Notes: generated from the letters alone by a model not told the origin. Shown: positions 35,980-49,485, counted from the first letter of the stretch. The stretch: 64,000 nt of DNA from Callorhinchus milii (GCF_018977255.1 NW_024704742.1:81532001-81596000), one strand, 5' to 3'. Made by a program: numbers and translations.

Positions 35980-36560
35980 AACTTTTACAATGGCTCGGAA
36001 CTGGAAATGATCATAGGTCAACAATACATTAAAACTGATACGCCTGTACAATGGGTTCAAAGGCCTTTTTTTGCAAAATGCCAAGCCCAAGTCAATCCTT
36101 CAGGCCAACCGAGCAGCTCGTTTATTTTGCAAACTTAGCAAAAGCTCTCAAATCATTCACTTCCCACAATGTCCTGGAGGAACCTTTTAACGAGAGATTT
36201 CTGGAGCCACAATGACAATCAAAATTATTCCACCTCCTCATCTCCATCTGCAATGCTTTCTTCCATAAATAACATGTTCTGCTTCCTCAGCCTAGAAGAG
36301 ATCATTGTCTGTTGTGGAGTATTTATTCATCTCAGTCTGCACCAACGCATATCTTGTTCACTTATTATCTTGTTTGTATTATTTATATGCCAACTCTTTT
36401 TGGTATCGCTGCAATATTTATAATATCATGAGAGAAAAATTCTCCAAGACATTTATTAATAACACGAACAGCAGAGGACCCACAACAGACTTTTGCTGAA
36501 CTCGACAATTCAGGTCCCAAACAGTTTTTTGGAACATTTACCACGTCCATTTGCTTCCTA
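35980..36560 (-). mobile_element. Ancient CR1 RT fragment
   Basis: VQQKSVVGPLLFVLLIN (cf. VPQGSVLGPLLF) and KYCSDTK (cf. KFADDTK). Confidence 0.6.
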
Positions 36561-36979
36561 CTGCTAATATTCAATCTAACTTTTATCATGATTTCCACAA
36601 GGCTCAACCTTCTTCAAAAGCCTCACTTATAATGATGATGGTAATAATAATAATAAAGCTAACAATTGATTTTAGCACCTTTCATGTCAGGTTTCAAAAG
36701 CACTTCACAGGATTTATTGGAAACTGGTGGACACTCGCTTGTCTTTTCTAATAGTGCCATGGAATCTAATTTAATGACTCACCTGAAGCACAACAACTCT
36801 GACAATGCGATACACCCCCAGCATTGCATGAGAGTCTATGTGATCTTAGGCTATATGATTCTAAGTACTAAAGCGATATTATTCCAAGTCCCTCAGACCA
36901 ACCTCCTTAAGTAACAGATTGTACAATTCTGTACAACGTCCTCACTTGCTCTATCTCCTTATTCCTTCTGCTCATTCCC

Positions 36980-39475
36980 CTGCAATCTTTCCCTCAAAAT
37001 CCTCTTGATTTATCGTCTCCCCCAACAACAACAACAACAAAATTACATTTATAGAGCCCCTTTCACGTCGGAAGGACGTCCCAAACTCTCCCCCACCTTC
37101 ATCTCTGATATCTCCACCCTCCTAGCTTTCTTCTGCCTCTGTTCTGAATGCCTCCTCATCCTCAACAACTTCAACCTGCACGTCATCCCCTCTTGCTCTA
37201 TCTCCCTGACTCCTCCTCTGTTCTCTCCTTTCACAACCTCTCCCTCCACATCCACTCTGCCACCCACGTTCATTGCCACCTACTCGACCTGGTGACTACC
37301 TGGGGCCTAAATGTCTCGGACCTTACAATCACCGATAAAGCCATCTCAGATCACCATTTCATCTCTCTTAGCTCCTCAATCCCTTTCCTCACTGCCACCC
37401 AACCTACCTCCATCTCCTATCACTTCTGGAAAAGAATCTCCCCGCACTCGATCTGCGCTATACTGGAGTAGTCTGAACTCCTTCCCTCTGGCCAACCTCC
37501 TGCACCGACTTATCCTCCTCAGTCCCTCTCCTCCACAACTTCTTCTCCACCATTCTCGATGCCCTTGCCCCTCAGCTCTTGAACCATCTCTTACTGATGC
37601 AACTCACTCATCCTGGTATACCAGCCACCTCTGCTCATCAAGGGTCAGATGTGTGCCGCTGAATGCACTTAGCTCATATCTGAATTAACAGTCCACCAGC
37701 AAATCTGGTTGGACCACATTAAAAACTTATCACTCCCCACTCACCTCCACTAAATTGTCCTTCTTCCAAGATAATCTTGGAGGCCAAGGACAGCCCCAGA
37801 CTCCTCTTCTCCACAATTAACCGGCTCCTCCATCCACCCTCTCATGCCTTGCCCAACCTCTCCTCCAACTCCAACTGTGAGGAGATGCTGGATTTCCTCG
37901 AGACCAAAATCAAGGGGATCCATTCAGCTGCCTTTGCCCTCCCAACCGTCACCCCTCCATATCTCTTCCTCACACTTGGGCTCCTACCCATCTCTCCATC
38001 TATGCCTTTGAACCTGTCTCCCCCTCCTCTCTCACCATCACTGCAACCTGAATGAAGCCTACCATCTGCTCCCTCAACCCCATCCCTACCCATCTCCTTA
38101 TCTCCCAGCTACACCTCCTTGCTCCTTTACTCTCAAACCTCGTCAATCTCTTCCTGTCAACTGTCTGGACTGATGTTGCACCCATCCCTGCTACAGACTA
38201 CTGCCCTATCTCCAACCTCCCTTTCCAAGGTGCTTGAAAGAGTTGCTTCTCAGCTTCACTTCCTCCTCTGCTGCAATCCCTTTACAACAGTCCTGGTCAA
38301 GGTGACAAATGACATTCTGTCCATCTGTGACCAGGGCTCCCTCTGGCTCCTCGTCCTCCTCAACCTCTTTGCTGCCTTTGACACTGTGGACCGCTCTATC
38401 CTCCTCCACTGCCTCTCCTGTCACCTCAACCTTCAAGGTTCTGTCATTGAATGGTTCAGATCCTATCTCTCACACTGGCTCCACTTTGTCTCGACAAACA
38501 GCTTGGCTTCTCTTCCAACTTCTGCACCATCTTGTGTGGTGTTCCTCAGGGCTCTCTCCTTGGTCCTCTCCTCTTCAACCTGTACATACTCCCCCTTGGT
38601 GACATCATCTGCAGACATGGGGTGAACTTCCACGTGTACGAAGATGACACACAACTTTATCTCTCTGCCTCCACCTTCAACTCCACTGGTGTCCTGACCA
38701 ACATCAAGTCCTGGATGAGAGCCAATTTTCTGCAGTTGAATGTCAGCAAGACCGAGGCATTCCTGATTGGCTCGCGCCTGCACTCCCACATCTCAGGCAA
38801 TGGCAGCATCAGCATCCAAGGATGCACACTCCACCTCACTAAGTCAGTCAGGAACCTGGGCATCTTGTTCAACCCTTAACTGTTCTTTCTATCCCACATC
38901 CATGCTATGACCAACTCTGCCTTCCCCCACCTCCGTAACATTGCCCACCACTGCTCACCCCTCAGGCCGCCTAACCCCTCATACATGCCTTCATTACATC
39001 CAAGCTTGAATATGCCAATGCCCTACTTGTCTGTCTTCCCAACTCTTCCCCCCACAAGCTGCGATTATCCAGAACTCTACAGCTGTTGTCTTTTCCTGCA
39101 CCAGGCTCCGTGACCCCATCACACCCACCCTCGCCCGGCTCCACTGGCTCCCCATCCCTCAGAGGATAGAATTCAAAATCCTCATCCTCATTTTCAAGGC
39201 TCTCCACAGCCTTGCCCCCTCCTACCTCTCCAACCTGCTAACCCCTTATCAACCTGTCCCCTCCCACTGATCAGCAGTTTCTCCGCCTGCTCATGTCTCC
39301 CGCCCGGCCCACCCCACCATCAGCAGTCGGGCCTTCAGCTTCTCTGCCCCCACTCTCTGGAACTCCATCCCACATTCCCTTTGCCTCGCTCCCTCCCTTG
39401 CCTCCCTCAAGGCACGCCTCTTGAGTTCCTACTGACGTGAAAGATGCTTTACAAATGTAATTTTGTATTGTACTG
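36980..39475 (+). mobile_element. Long decayed L2 LINE ORF2 (APE endonuclease to 3' end)
   Basis: IYRLP...ILNNFNLH (GDFN-like), LLDLV, ISDHHF (SDH), [43 protein letters not shown]...RIEFK. A short minus-strand L2 tail is inserted at ~37023-37085. Confidence 0.9.
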
Positions 39476-39714
39476 TAATTCTTGATAAGCCTTTTCAAGA
39501 AGGTTAGACAAAGTATTCGTAAAACTGATCATTTGAGCCAATTTATGGGAGTAGAATTTATACACTACAGGTTTGGGAATGACTTCGGGAGCCTGTGAGA
39601 TAGTTCGTAATAAATAACTGAGACTAACTCGGCAGAAAGATTATGAAAGGTTAGAATGATACTGTTTATAATTCATTCTGGAGAAATTTTGACTTCAGGC
39701 TCTCGTTCCAGAAA

Positions 39715-40115
39715 TAATCCTTGCGTTTTGATAGTGTACCTTATCGCCATTGAGACATCTTAAAGCACTTCACATGAATTACTGCAAAGTGCACTGACTG
39801 TATTTTTGTGGATGTACATGGTAGCAAATTTACACACAGCAATGTCTCACAAACTGCCATGAAGCGATTGATCGATTTTATTTGGGTGATTGTTGGCCAG
39901 GACACCAGGAGAAACTGCCTTCTTTGTTTGAATAGCACCATGGGATCTTTAACATCCACCTGAATAGATAGATGGGACCTCAATTTAATGTCTCAAGCAA
40001 AGAAAATTACCTCTGACAATGCAGCACTCCCCCAACACTGTATTGGAGTGTCAGCCTACACTTTGATCCCAAAGTCCCCGTATGGGATTTGGACCCACAG
40101 CTTTCTGACTCAGTG
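39715..40115 (-). mobile_element. Deu-type SINE
   Basis: CCATGGGATCTTTAACATCCACCTGAA core, GTGTCAGCC, head CCCACAGCTTTCTGACTCAG. Confidence 0.82.
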
Positions 40116-40927
40116 ATTTACTGTTCAATGTAGTGATAGTGTGTTTTGTAGAAGAAAGCAATTTGTGTACAGCAATTGTGAAAGATTATATTTGATATTA
40201 AGGGGAAATAAAAAGAGATGTGTCACATGCATTTATTTTAATAATAAATAATAATCCTTGCATTTGATATAGTGCTTTATCACATCGGTGAGACATCTCA
40301 AAGTGCTTCCCAGGATACACTGTAAAACACTGTGATTGTGCGTATTTTGTGGGTGAATATTAAACAACAGGTGGTTTCTTAACGATAGAAAGGTGAGATA
40401 GTCAGTGAGGGAAACAAGCTGGAAGTAATAAATATTCCATCTTCATTTCTGAGCCAGAGGACCAGGCAGCTTGGTATATCATCAGGACTTGAAGGAGCTG
40501 ATTAGTCACTGGTTGCTGGAATTCTTCCCACTCAGCTTCTGTTAACATTGCAAGCTAAAGCTCTTGACTTTCTAGACAATGCTGACTGGCTGGGAAGCAT
40601 ACTGGAAAATGCTCCCAATGCCTGAGAAGCTTACCTAGACAATGCTCTCAAACCAAGGCAAACTATATGTTTTCAGCTGTTAAAACTCCAGCGGGTATCC
40701 CACTGCACACCCTCGAGTCCCAAAGCCTTGGCTCCTACAAACCTTGCTAATACTTACAAGATTGGGTGGACAGAGTGCATCCCTCCAGGGAGAAACTGCA
40801 CACTTTAATTCAGACCTAGAGACATTTCTGAGCATCACATGGAACTCTGAACAGTTTTGTTTTAGATTATCTTGGGTTTGGCAATGGGTCTCTGAGTGTG
40901 TGAGATACCCAGCTGACCAAAAAATAT

Positions 40928-41068
40928 AATGCTGTGCGCAATTTGGCTGCCGCGTTTTGTCCACAAATATACAGTCAATTCACTTTACAGTATATACTGT
41001 GAAGCACTTTGAGATGTCTAGAAGACGTGAAAAGCACTATATCAAATGCAAGGATTATTATTATTATT
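40928..41068 (+). mobile_element. SINE 3' end
   Basis: TGCTGTGCGCAATTTGGCTGCC...ATCAAATGCAAGG(ATT)n. Confidence 0.85.
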
Positions 41069-41649
41069 AAAATTGGACTTCTAATTATCAAAACGTGTTA
41101 TACAATTAAGGTTCTGCTGACCAATTACTACATTCTGATCAGTTAGAATTGTTGATTTATTAATTAATTAATTAATTTATTTATTTATTCAATTATTGAA
41201 ATTCCTTGAGTGGCTGCCTGCTGTGGCAGCATTGCTCTCTTCACATCAGATCAATGGGAGCCTGTTGTGCAAAAGAGTGCTTATTGTAATAACCATTGAT
41301 TTTCAGTTCAACAGTTACGCAACCGATATATTTCAACCGACAAAGAAATGTCTTCTGCATGAGCTGCGAGGCAACGGCTGGTTGTTCAGTCCATCACTAT
41401 GGGAGATTAAATGTAATTATAATCAATAGCTCGAACCATAGAATGAATGAGTGAATTAGCTCTCAACAAACCAAGGGCAAACTCACATTTACAGGTGAGC
41501 TTTTCTTCTGTGAGGTTTTCTTTTCTTCAGCCTCTTCCTGTTTTGACTTGTAAACAAATACCCTGTAGCACCTAACCTATGAACATGCTAATCAACAATC
41601 TTCTGCTTTTTGACTGATTTAAAGAGTGCTAACTGCCTTTACAATCCTT

Positions 41650-42010
41650 ATAATAATAATCCTTGCATTTGATACAGCTCCTTATCATGTCGTTGAGGCA
41701 TCTCAAAGCACTTCACAGAATAAACTATAAAGTAAATTGAATATAAATTTTGTGGGCGAAATGTGGCAGCAAATTACGCACAACAGTGGTCCACAAACAT
41801 TTGAGGAGTGAGTGACTAAATTATTATTTTAATTTTTTCAAAGGATTTTTACCCCCGGAAAGCGATCTGTTAATCAACAAACAACCAGATTCCTACTTAT
41901 TGCTAGTTAAACAGAAGCGTGTGGGGTAAGGAAACTTACCTATGGTTTTGCCCTGCCCGGGAATGGAACCCAAGTCCTCTCATCTGTGAGGCGAGCGCGC
42001 TAACCATACA
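41650..42010 (-). mobile_element. tRNA-headed SINE, long variant
   Basis: Tail, CCTACTTATTGCTAG middle segment, and head. Confidence 0.8.
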
Positions 42011-42014
42011 CCAC

Positions 42015-42635
42015 CACTACCAACAATAACAAAATTGCAATTATAAAACGCCTTTCATGTCAGGAGGATGCTCCAAGGTGCTGAACAGTCGGGAATCACG
42101 TCCCGAGGGTGGGTGTCAGAGTTGGGATGAGGGAGGGCAGAGAGGTAGGAGGTTAACTGAAGGCACGGTTGAAAAGGAGGGTTGAGTTTTGCCTTGAATG
42201 GGCAAGGGAGGGGAACAAAGTGAAGGGATTATGGGATGGAATTCCAAAGAGTGGGGGGGCAGAGAGGCCGAAAGTCCGACCACCAATGGTAGATTGGGTC
42301 AAGTGGAGACATGGAGCAGGCTGGAGCCTGCTGAATGGAGGGAGCGGTCAGGTTGAAAGGGGTCAGAGAGTTAGGAGGGGACAAGGCCATGGAGGGCCTT
42401 GAAAATGAGGACAAGGATTTTGAATTCTATCCTCTGAGGGATGGGGAGCCAGTGGAACTGGGCGAGGGTGGGGGTGATGGCGTCACGGAGCCTGGAGCGG
42501 AAGAAGACAAGGGCTGTAGAGTTCAGGATGATCGCAGCTTGTGGGGGGGGAAGAACTGACAAGGAGAGAGTTTCCGAAGTCAATCCTTGGGGTGACAAAT
42601 GCATATATGAGGGTTTCGGCAGCATGAGGTGACCA
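42015..42635 (-). mobile_element. L2 3' fragment
   Basis: [33 protein letters not shown]. Confidence 0.88.
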
Positions 42636-42689
42636 TATCATTAACTAGTTTAGAGTTAATATCGCAATAATAAGACTACTACTGGGATT

Positions 42690-43290
42690 TACATATTTTT
42701 TGTAATTTGCAATGACACCAAACTCAGGGGAGCTGTGCAATTAGGAAAGACCGTCAAGATCTTTCAAAGATTGTTCACTGATTAGGTCCTAGGCTGATCA
42801 CCTGGAAATGAAGTTCAATGCAGATAAATGCAAGATCATGCTCACAGGAAATAAAAAAGGGAAACACATGTGCTGTATGGAAGGGGCAGAATTTGCTTAG
42901 GGGGAAGTTGAAGGAGACTAGGTGATAATAGGTGATTTATCATTCACCTCAATTAAACAATTTGATGCAACGGTAAACAAGCCAATAAAATGTTGGGCCA
43001 AATTGTCAAATTTCTTGAGTTCATAGAAATGTAGAAATGTACAGTGCAGAAGGAGGCCATTCTGCCCATCGAGTCTGTGTAGGTTCTCCAAATTGAGATC
43101 TCCAGAAATCATATTCAAGCAGCATATGCTCTAGTTAGATCAGATCTGGAGTCTTGGGGCCTACAGCTCTGGTCACTGAGATCCAGGCACTAGAGATAGT
43201 ACACAGAAGAGCAGAGAATACATTAGTATGATGCCCCAATGATACAGGCGTGAGCTACAAGGAACAATTAAAATAAGCAGCCTTTTAAAG
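42690..43290 (+). mobile_element. Old CR1 RT fragment with a short minus-strand CR1 tail at ~43021-43080
   Basis: NDTKLRGAV (cf. DDTKLGG) and EMKFNADKCKIM. Confidence 0.7.
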
Positions 43291-43298
43291 CAAATGGT

Positions 43299-43618
43299 GG
43301 AGTCCTGTAGCTCAGTGGTTAGAGCACTCGCTTTGCAAGCGAGAGACCTGAGTTCAATTCGAGGCAGGGCAAAACCTTGGGCAAGTTTCCTTACTCCACA
43401 CAGAGCCTAATAATAATCCCTCCAAAACCAAAAACAATAATTAAATTGGTCATTTTCAATTCTACGACTGTTTGTGGGCCACTGCTGTGCGCAATTGGCT
43501 GCCGCGTTCACCCACAAATATACAGTCAATTTACTTTACAGTGTGTTCTGTGAAGTGCTTTGGGACATCCTCCCGACATGAAAAGCGCTATATCAAATGC
43601 AAGGATTTTTATTATTAT
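43299..43618 (+). mobile_element. Full-length young tRNA(Ala)-like-headed SINE, short variant
   Basis: GGAGTCCTGTAGCTCAGTGGTTAGAGCACTCGCTTTGCAAGCGAGAGACCTGAGTTCAATTC head (A and B boxes, TGC loop), L2-like tail, (ATT)n. Confidence 0.92.
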
Positions 43619-46600
43619 AAATGTCACAGATGGGACTTTATGGAGCTATACAAGAAACTTAACCCAGAAGAATACTTTCAGATATACCTAGGCAACAGGA
43701 CATACAATGTCACCCATAAGACTTGTCAGCTTGTGAGTTAAATGTTAGGTGTTACAGCTTCAACAAACCTCATGAAGAATTTAACACCAAAAAGTAAACC
43801 TTGTTTTCGACCGATTGGATCCGAGGCTTTGGGCCTAAACCACCAATCGTAAGAAATAATCCCTAGACCTGGAAGCTCGTATTTTGTCCATCCTCAGAAG
43901 ATTAAGTCAGGAAAACCAACGATCAAACCAAGTAGTTTAAACTTGGTTAAAGTAAGTAACTTACTTAAAGTTCTCCTCACCTCAAGGAAGAATAAAGATG
44001 GCGGCTGCTCAGACCTCAAAGGAAGAAACCATTTTCCAGGAGGGTGCACAACACCTACATAATGTTACACAAATGCAATCCTTTAAAATATCAGAAACAT
44101 TACCGTTTTGAGTGAAAATGATAATTAACACATCACATAAAATACAAATTTATATTTACATCACACCTTTCTTGTCAGGACATGTCCTAAAGCACTTATC
44201 AATCCTTGGCACCTGAGCTGGAGGTTGGAGCTGAGGAGGATGGAAGAGAAAGGAGGATGGAAATCTTGTCAAAGACAAATTTTATAAGAATTACTTACTG
44301 TAATTTTCACCCCCGAATAATCACAGGAATGCTTTCACCTATCTGAATTCATCTTCCCTTTTGTCGGTAGCTGATGTGTCTCTGCACCCATGGAAGCTAT
44401 TCTACGTTCTGGCAAATTTGTCACTGTGTGCTTATGAATAACTACAATAACATTTTAAATTACATTCCACATAAAAATTTAATTATGATTGTCAAATGTC
44501 ATTACAGTTGTTTAGAGGAGCAGAGTGACAAATTAGCTACATTTATTGATAAATAGGCCTCTTGTCTGTTTCCCTCACATATAGTTTAACTGTAGAAGAG
44601 CAACACAACCTACATCTATTCTGTTGTCACATCTGTTCTTCTCCTGTAGGTGGGAGGGGGGAACCGGTCTCCTTGGAGTCTGGTTAGCAACAGATTGTTG
44701 GAATCGAGCTAACTCTCTGTGATGGTCTCAGTAGTCCGGTTCCTGAGGCAGGCAGGTCCACAAAACTCCAACACACTGTTGATGACAGACCAGCCAGCCT
44801 GGCTCATCTGCAGGACTTGGAGAGGCAGGTATTTTTCCCACTATTAATCCTGCAAGCCACAGCATAAATGTATAGGGTGGTCCTAGCTGGATAAGCAGTG
44901 GGGGAAGCTTGCCAGAGAGTTACTTTCAATGATAAGCTAAGGAGTTTCAGCTAAATAAACTATTTTTGTGTAGGTGCGTAGGTGCCATACATTTGTGGAA
45001 TTAAGTTTGGTTTGAAGTTCCTTCAACATGATGATGGGTTTTCAAATTAGATATTTAGACTGATCAGCCCCCCAAAATTGTTTCCTGTCAAACCTCTTCC
45101 CAATTTGCATTTTTGAGGGGGGTGAAGAGAGGGTAAATAAACAGTCTGACACATATGGAAACCAGGCTTTACATTCTCTGGTTTCACTTACTAAGAACTT
45201 AGAGAAACATTTTTCAGTTCTGGAGTGACAATACCATGAATTTTTCCCCTGGGGAGGGGCTGGGAGATAAGTGAGAGACATCTACTTTTCCCTGATGAAC
45301 ACAGGTGCAGGTTGACAGAAGCCAAAGCATTGGGCTTATTGTTGGAACTCTACCAGCTTTCTGCTGCTTATTTAGCTGGGACTGCGCCACCCATTGCTAA
45401 TGTCTTGCTAACAGGAGCCAAGTGGCAGTCTTGTTCCCCCAGTGACATAACTACTGTTCCAAGTTCCACTGAAGAGCCAGTCAAGCTAATCAATTGGAAA
45501 CAGTGACCTGGAGTATGAAGGACCTGCCTGGCTCTTGAAAGTGATCGCTGAGTAAACTCAGCTGCGGTTCTCCCTTCACTTGGAACAAAATATGAATACA
45601 TTGAAATTTGGCTTGCTCAAAACTATGGCAAATGAAGCCCATGTCACCATAGTCACAGATTCCTATGATGCCGCCAACTATCTGTATTCCCATTGTGTTT
45701 GTTACATCACAATTTTTGTCGGCAGGAAACTATGGGGTGAAATCTGCGTTTCATAACACGTTCCTTGTGATTGTTACATTTTTCACCTCCATGAGTTTAT
45801 ATCAGAAATAATGAGAGGACGGAGCTCAAAATGACCAGATGTTATTTGATATTAGATTAATCTAAACTGTTTGTCTAGATACAATGCATGTACGCAACTC
45901 TCAGAAATTTGGTTTCACAGCTGGTAAGTATGGTTATGAGTTTCCACATGTGTCAGACACTGGGCCGATCAACAAAATATGTACAATTGCCTGAACCAAC
46001 TAAACTCAAATCAGGTTGCCATTGCAGGCTAGCTGCTCATTGCTGGCAGGAACGCTGCCACTGCCTGTCAATGCTTAAAGTACTGGTGTTTCAAATTACT
46101 GTGTAACAGTACAGGAATTATGGACTGTAATGAAAGGAGTTGAGTAGTATTGCATAATCAATAAAATCACTAACAGGGAAGTTGTAAATGGGTGACCAAA
46201 AACACTTTGTTTTAAATTCCGTGAATAATGATATAATTATAATGTTATTAATGTATAATTGTGTTGTTAGACATGGCACTGCAACAACATTGTGTGGGAT
46301 AATTAATAAAAAAAGGAGTATGTGTTACGTTGGATCTCATAACTTGCGCTTGTGTTGGTTTCCCAGTTATGAAACCGAACTGACGGACAAAAGAAATTAC
46401 TTTGAATTAATATTGGAATGGCAAAGACATTACTTTACAATCGCATTGCCATATGTGGAATGTAAATGTTAAATGTCGATCTTTGAAAGATGACTTTAAT
46501 TTTTGTTACACTTCTGCCTAAGATCACTGTGGTAATTGATTAGGCTGCTTCAAGCTAATCACACGTCCTCCCACCCACTCTAAGACTTTAAAATATCTCT

Positions 46601-46899
46601 AACATATTAGTGTTACAATAACAGTGTCATAGTAGAACGAATGCTTTGTTCTTGCTTGTTAAAGGTTGTTCTACTGCAGTTTCCCTTTCTAGTACAGCAG
46701 CCCTCTTCTTTTTTGAAAATATATATTTATTTATAAGTATAATAATTTGGTACAACAGAAATCCCAAATAAAACACAACCTCTTCAGTTACAATGTTTCC
46801 CTTCCTCCCGATACAAAAAAAATTCCGTTGTTTACGGTGCATTCCTTTACCGCACGTTGTGCACACGTTTTTTGGGACACTCCCTTTAAAACAGCAGAC

Positions 46900-47095
46900 C
46901 CCATGAGGAAGTGAAGCAAAGGGCCAAACACGTCTGCAGTTGATATCTGTGGTCAAGTAATGTCATGTCACCTCCATGAGGTCACAGCTAATTTTCGGGA
47001 TCCCAGCTCAGCAGTGAATGACGTAAATGGTGGGGATCCCATGAGTCAGTCCTGACGTACTGCTGGTTAGTTAACTGGATTCCCCATTGGTGACT
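46900..47095. promoter_or_regulatory. Candidate inducible enhancer (ETS, NF-kB-like, AP-1 and CRE motifs)
   Basis: GAGGAAGTGAA 46905, TGAGGTCA 46977, GGGATCCC 46997, TGACGTAA 47019, GGGGATCCC 47032, TGAGTCA 47042, TGACGT 47053, GGATTCCCC 47077; lies in non-repeat sequence. Confidence 0.45.
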
Positions 47096-48997
47096 TAAAG
47101 CCATCATTGTACATCCTATTGTAAATTGTTGCTTTTAGCCCCCATAGTTAAGACTCTCTGACACTTTTTAATATAATATAAAATAATAAATAATAATAAT
47201 CCTTGCATTTGATATAGCACCTTATCACGTCTTCAAGACATCTCAAAGTGCTTCACAGAATATACTGTAAAGTGAATTAAATGTAGAATGAAATAAAAGT
47301 GTAAATGCCTTTCTTTTGCGAGGGGTGAGGGGGGAGGGTAGTGAAAAGGACGCAATGTTCCAATCCTCACATTACAGGTGTATAACAACATGGAGTGACA
47401 CAAGATGGCACCTATGAACCAACAACAGATGTTGGAGTTGTTTTTACCATCCATCAGGTGTGTTCTTCTGTGTTCTTCCATGCTATTTGTGCTTCATGTT
47501 TATTCACAGCAATCTGTCAGGGTGGACCTTGGAGGAGTCAACAGGGGGAGCTCAGGCTTATACATGAGAGGCAGGCACGTCCTCTTACCCTGAGCAGGTT
47601 GAACCTTGAAACTCTAAAATCTAAGCGAATGGGACATTGCTATGAACTGGGCTCTGTCGCTTTTATCTATAAACACACAGTCACTACAGAACACAATAAA
47701 AACGTGATACTTTGAGATGTCTCAAAGATGTGGTCAGGGGCTATAGCAAACAAAAGGATGATTATTATCATTATAATAAAAGGGTCACATTCTGCCATTA
47801 TTGAGGCACATTTTGCAGAGTGGAGGATACTGAGTTAATTTTGTGTTTTTTGTATTCTGATAATCTGAAACGCTGTTGTTTTGCTCTATAAAATCTTCTG
47901 TCCACTCTTCGGCAAGTCAGTACAACATGGCACAAATTATTGCAACCTACAAAAAAGGAATAAAAAGGGAAGATTAGAAAAAACATTTCCACAAAGGGTG
48001 ACACCCTCCCGATGCAAAAGGCACTATATCAAACACAAGGATTATTCTTGCTTTTTTCAATTATTATTATCACCGAACAGTGCTTTTCTGATGCAATCCT
48101 GGTGACTTTGTCCATTTAGGAAGAAGCTCCGAATGTTTCCAGGTATAACCCAGACTGACAAGGAAGTGATAGGATGTTGGATATGTCCCTGTGAAATTTT
48201 GTGCAAGAATAAAAGTGACAACAAATGAGGATTTGGAATTTTAAAAAATAACAGTCATGTAGAAAATGAGGCAGGATTCACACTATAAAGAATGAAGACA
48301 TTCAAAATCAGTGCCGATCTCTCAATTATTGACAGCTACAGCAGTGGCAATGACTACAATCAGATGCATTTAATATTCACTGCTTCAGCCTAGCCCTCCG
48401 CTAGAATAGATTTGATGCTTGTAAATTGCGATATGGTTCATGGGGGACATAGACTTATAAGAAAAAATGTCCTAAAAAGCAATTAACTTCCATTGTATTT
48501 GATAGCTCTTGGATTGTAACTAGTATTTCAAAGGGATCCTGGTACCCCTCTAGTCCCCATCAGTATTAAACCACCAATTCTGATAGATCTTAATGAGATG
48601 TGGCAATGATTTACACTTAATGTGAGCTGTATGTTACAAACAGCTTCATATTTATATAGTGTTTTTTTTTAAACTCTAGGTGGTGTAAAGACTTCCCTGT
48701 AATTGATTAGATTCATTTCAGTTCAGACAATTCTTGCCGTGTGAAATGCAATGCCTTCTTCCTGAAATAATAAAGATGCTAAATTTCTTTACCATTAAAG
48801 TGGAGTAAATGCTGGAAATTAGGGATTGGTTGTTACCGCAGATTAACGTGGTTATTAATGCAAGTTGTTTTGTTGTCAACAAGAGATTCTCTATCCTTTG
48901 TCTGTCACAATATTTCAGACTGTCTTAGACAGTATTTTGTGAAGCCGTACCGAAACCCCATTCTCCATGATCACAAGCAACGATGACTACAAAAAAG

Positions 48998-49485
48998 CAG
49001 CAACTTGGATTTATATAGTGCCCATTCATGGACTGCAACATCTTGGAGTGCTTTACAATGGTGTGGTCAGATGTTGGAACAGGGAACAGAGGGGAAGGTG
49101 ACCATCAGCATGGTTGAAGAGGCAGGATTTGATGAGGGATTTAAAGACAGATATAGAGGGAGTGAGACAACAACAAGATTACATTTGTATAGCGCCTTTC
49201 ATGTCGGAAGGACGCCCCAAGGCGCTGGATAGTGTACAGCATTTCAGGCCTGAGCTGGGGTCGGGGGGGGGAAGGGAGGGGAGGGGAAGGGGGGGTGACC
49301 GATGGTATGGTCGAAGAGGAGGGTCTTGAGGCGGGACTTGAAGGAAGCTAAGGAGGGGATGAGGCGGAGTGATGGGGGATGGAATTCCAGAGGTTGAGGG
49401 CAGAGTGGCTGAAGGCACTCCCACCAATGGGGGCTGGGGGTGGTGAGCAAAGGAGTGAGGTAGGAGAAGAATGGGAGACAATGAG
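48998..49485 (-). mobile_element. Two L2 3' fragments (48998-49165, 49167-49485)
   Basis: Two L2 tails; FKSRLKTLLF. Confidence 0.8.

Noticed and set aside
43299..43372. tRNA-Ala(TGC)-like gene (also at 14175, 50878, 51540, 55283)
   Set aside because: Runs directly into a SINE body and tail, and copies vary in the stems. These are SINE heads, not tRNA genes.
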